This document shows positions 63,883 through 64,000 of a stretch of 64,000 bases of DNA, in pieces (positions within the stretch are counted from its first letter, which is position 1; every line of letters starts with the position of its first letter). The position numbers were made by a program, and so were the translations under genes. Location of the stretch: assembly GCA_963730645.1 (NCBI GenBank), contig CAVSSN010000012.1:242853-306852 (forward strand), in the 5' to 3' direction. The notes below the pieces were generated by a model, which was not told where the DNA came from, made no database searches, and saw nothing but the letters and a program-made list of their open reading frames with translations. The stretch is from an uncultured Alphaproteobacteria bacterium. GTDB taxonomy: Bacteria; Pseudomonadota; Alphaproteobacteria; Rhizobiales; Xanthobacteraceae.

Positions 63883-64000
63883 CCCTCCCCCTGCAAGGGG
63901 GAGGACGGTCCGAGCGCAGCGAGGATCAGGGTGGGGAAGTAGTCCTGCGCGCGTTGCGCAGTCGAATACGGCCCCACCCTGATCCTCGCTTCGCTCGCCT
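63883..64000. repeat. REP/MITE-like element, family D relative; truncated by the window end
   Basis: CCCTCCCCCTGCAAGGGGGAGGA ... GATCAGGGTGGGG ... CCCCACCCTGATCCTCGCTTCGCTCGCC. Confidence 0.7.

Overview
This is a 64-kb, high-GC (roughly 65% by eye) chromosomal segment. Its gene content and intergenic palindromic repeats look like a Bradyrhizobium/Rhodopseudomonas/Afipia-type alphaproteobacterium; that placement is inference, with no search run. Layout: 0-8 kb holds three tandem MetE-like paralogs and a Liv-type ABC importer. 8.2-30.3 kb is an aromatic/lignin-monomer catabolic supercluster: a Tat-signal ThDP enzyme flanked by two c-type cytochromes, a LigB-family dioxygenase, ligA/ligB/ligC, two LigI-like lactonases, pcaI/pcaJ/pcaF, a feruloyl-CoA-synthetase-like, hydratase, dehydrogenase and thioesterase set, and two Bug/TctC binding proteins. 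30.4-35.6 kb is a visibly lower-GC islet encoding a CsgG/HfaB-family lipoprotein plus several Sec-signal Ser/Thr/Asn/Gly-rich repeat proteins. This islet is my best candidate for an undescribed surface-fibre or anchor secretion system. Next come mutS, a repeat-bounded cassette (membrane protein, OsmC, NitT/TauT-type ABC importer), glnD, two small CCQDT-motif secreted proteins, a class A PBP, an orphan IorB-like molybdoenzyme, assorted oxidoreductases, a Rieske oxygenase, an MFS pump, phaZ, an ABC-2 exporter, GlcG and an LLM oxidoreductase. Two overlays run through the whole window. First, at least 22 REP/MITE-like palindromic elements of about 7 sequence families fill almost every intergenic gap. 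Second, about 45 single-base reading-frame disruptions (about 40 behave as +1 insertions) hit about 30 genes, including mutS and glnD. These could be base-calling or assembly artefacts or real decay, and I cannot tell which from sequence alone. I recognised no rRNA, tRNA, CRISPR, transposase, integrase or transcription factor. Coordinates of frameshifted genes span the reconstructed gene. Frameshift positions are approximate (within about 10 nt).
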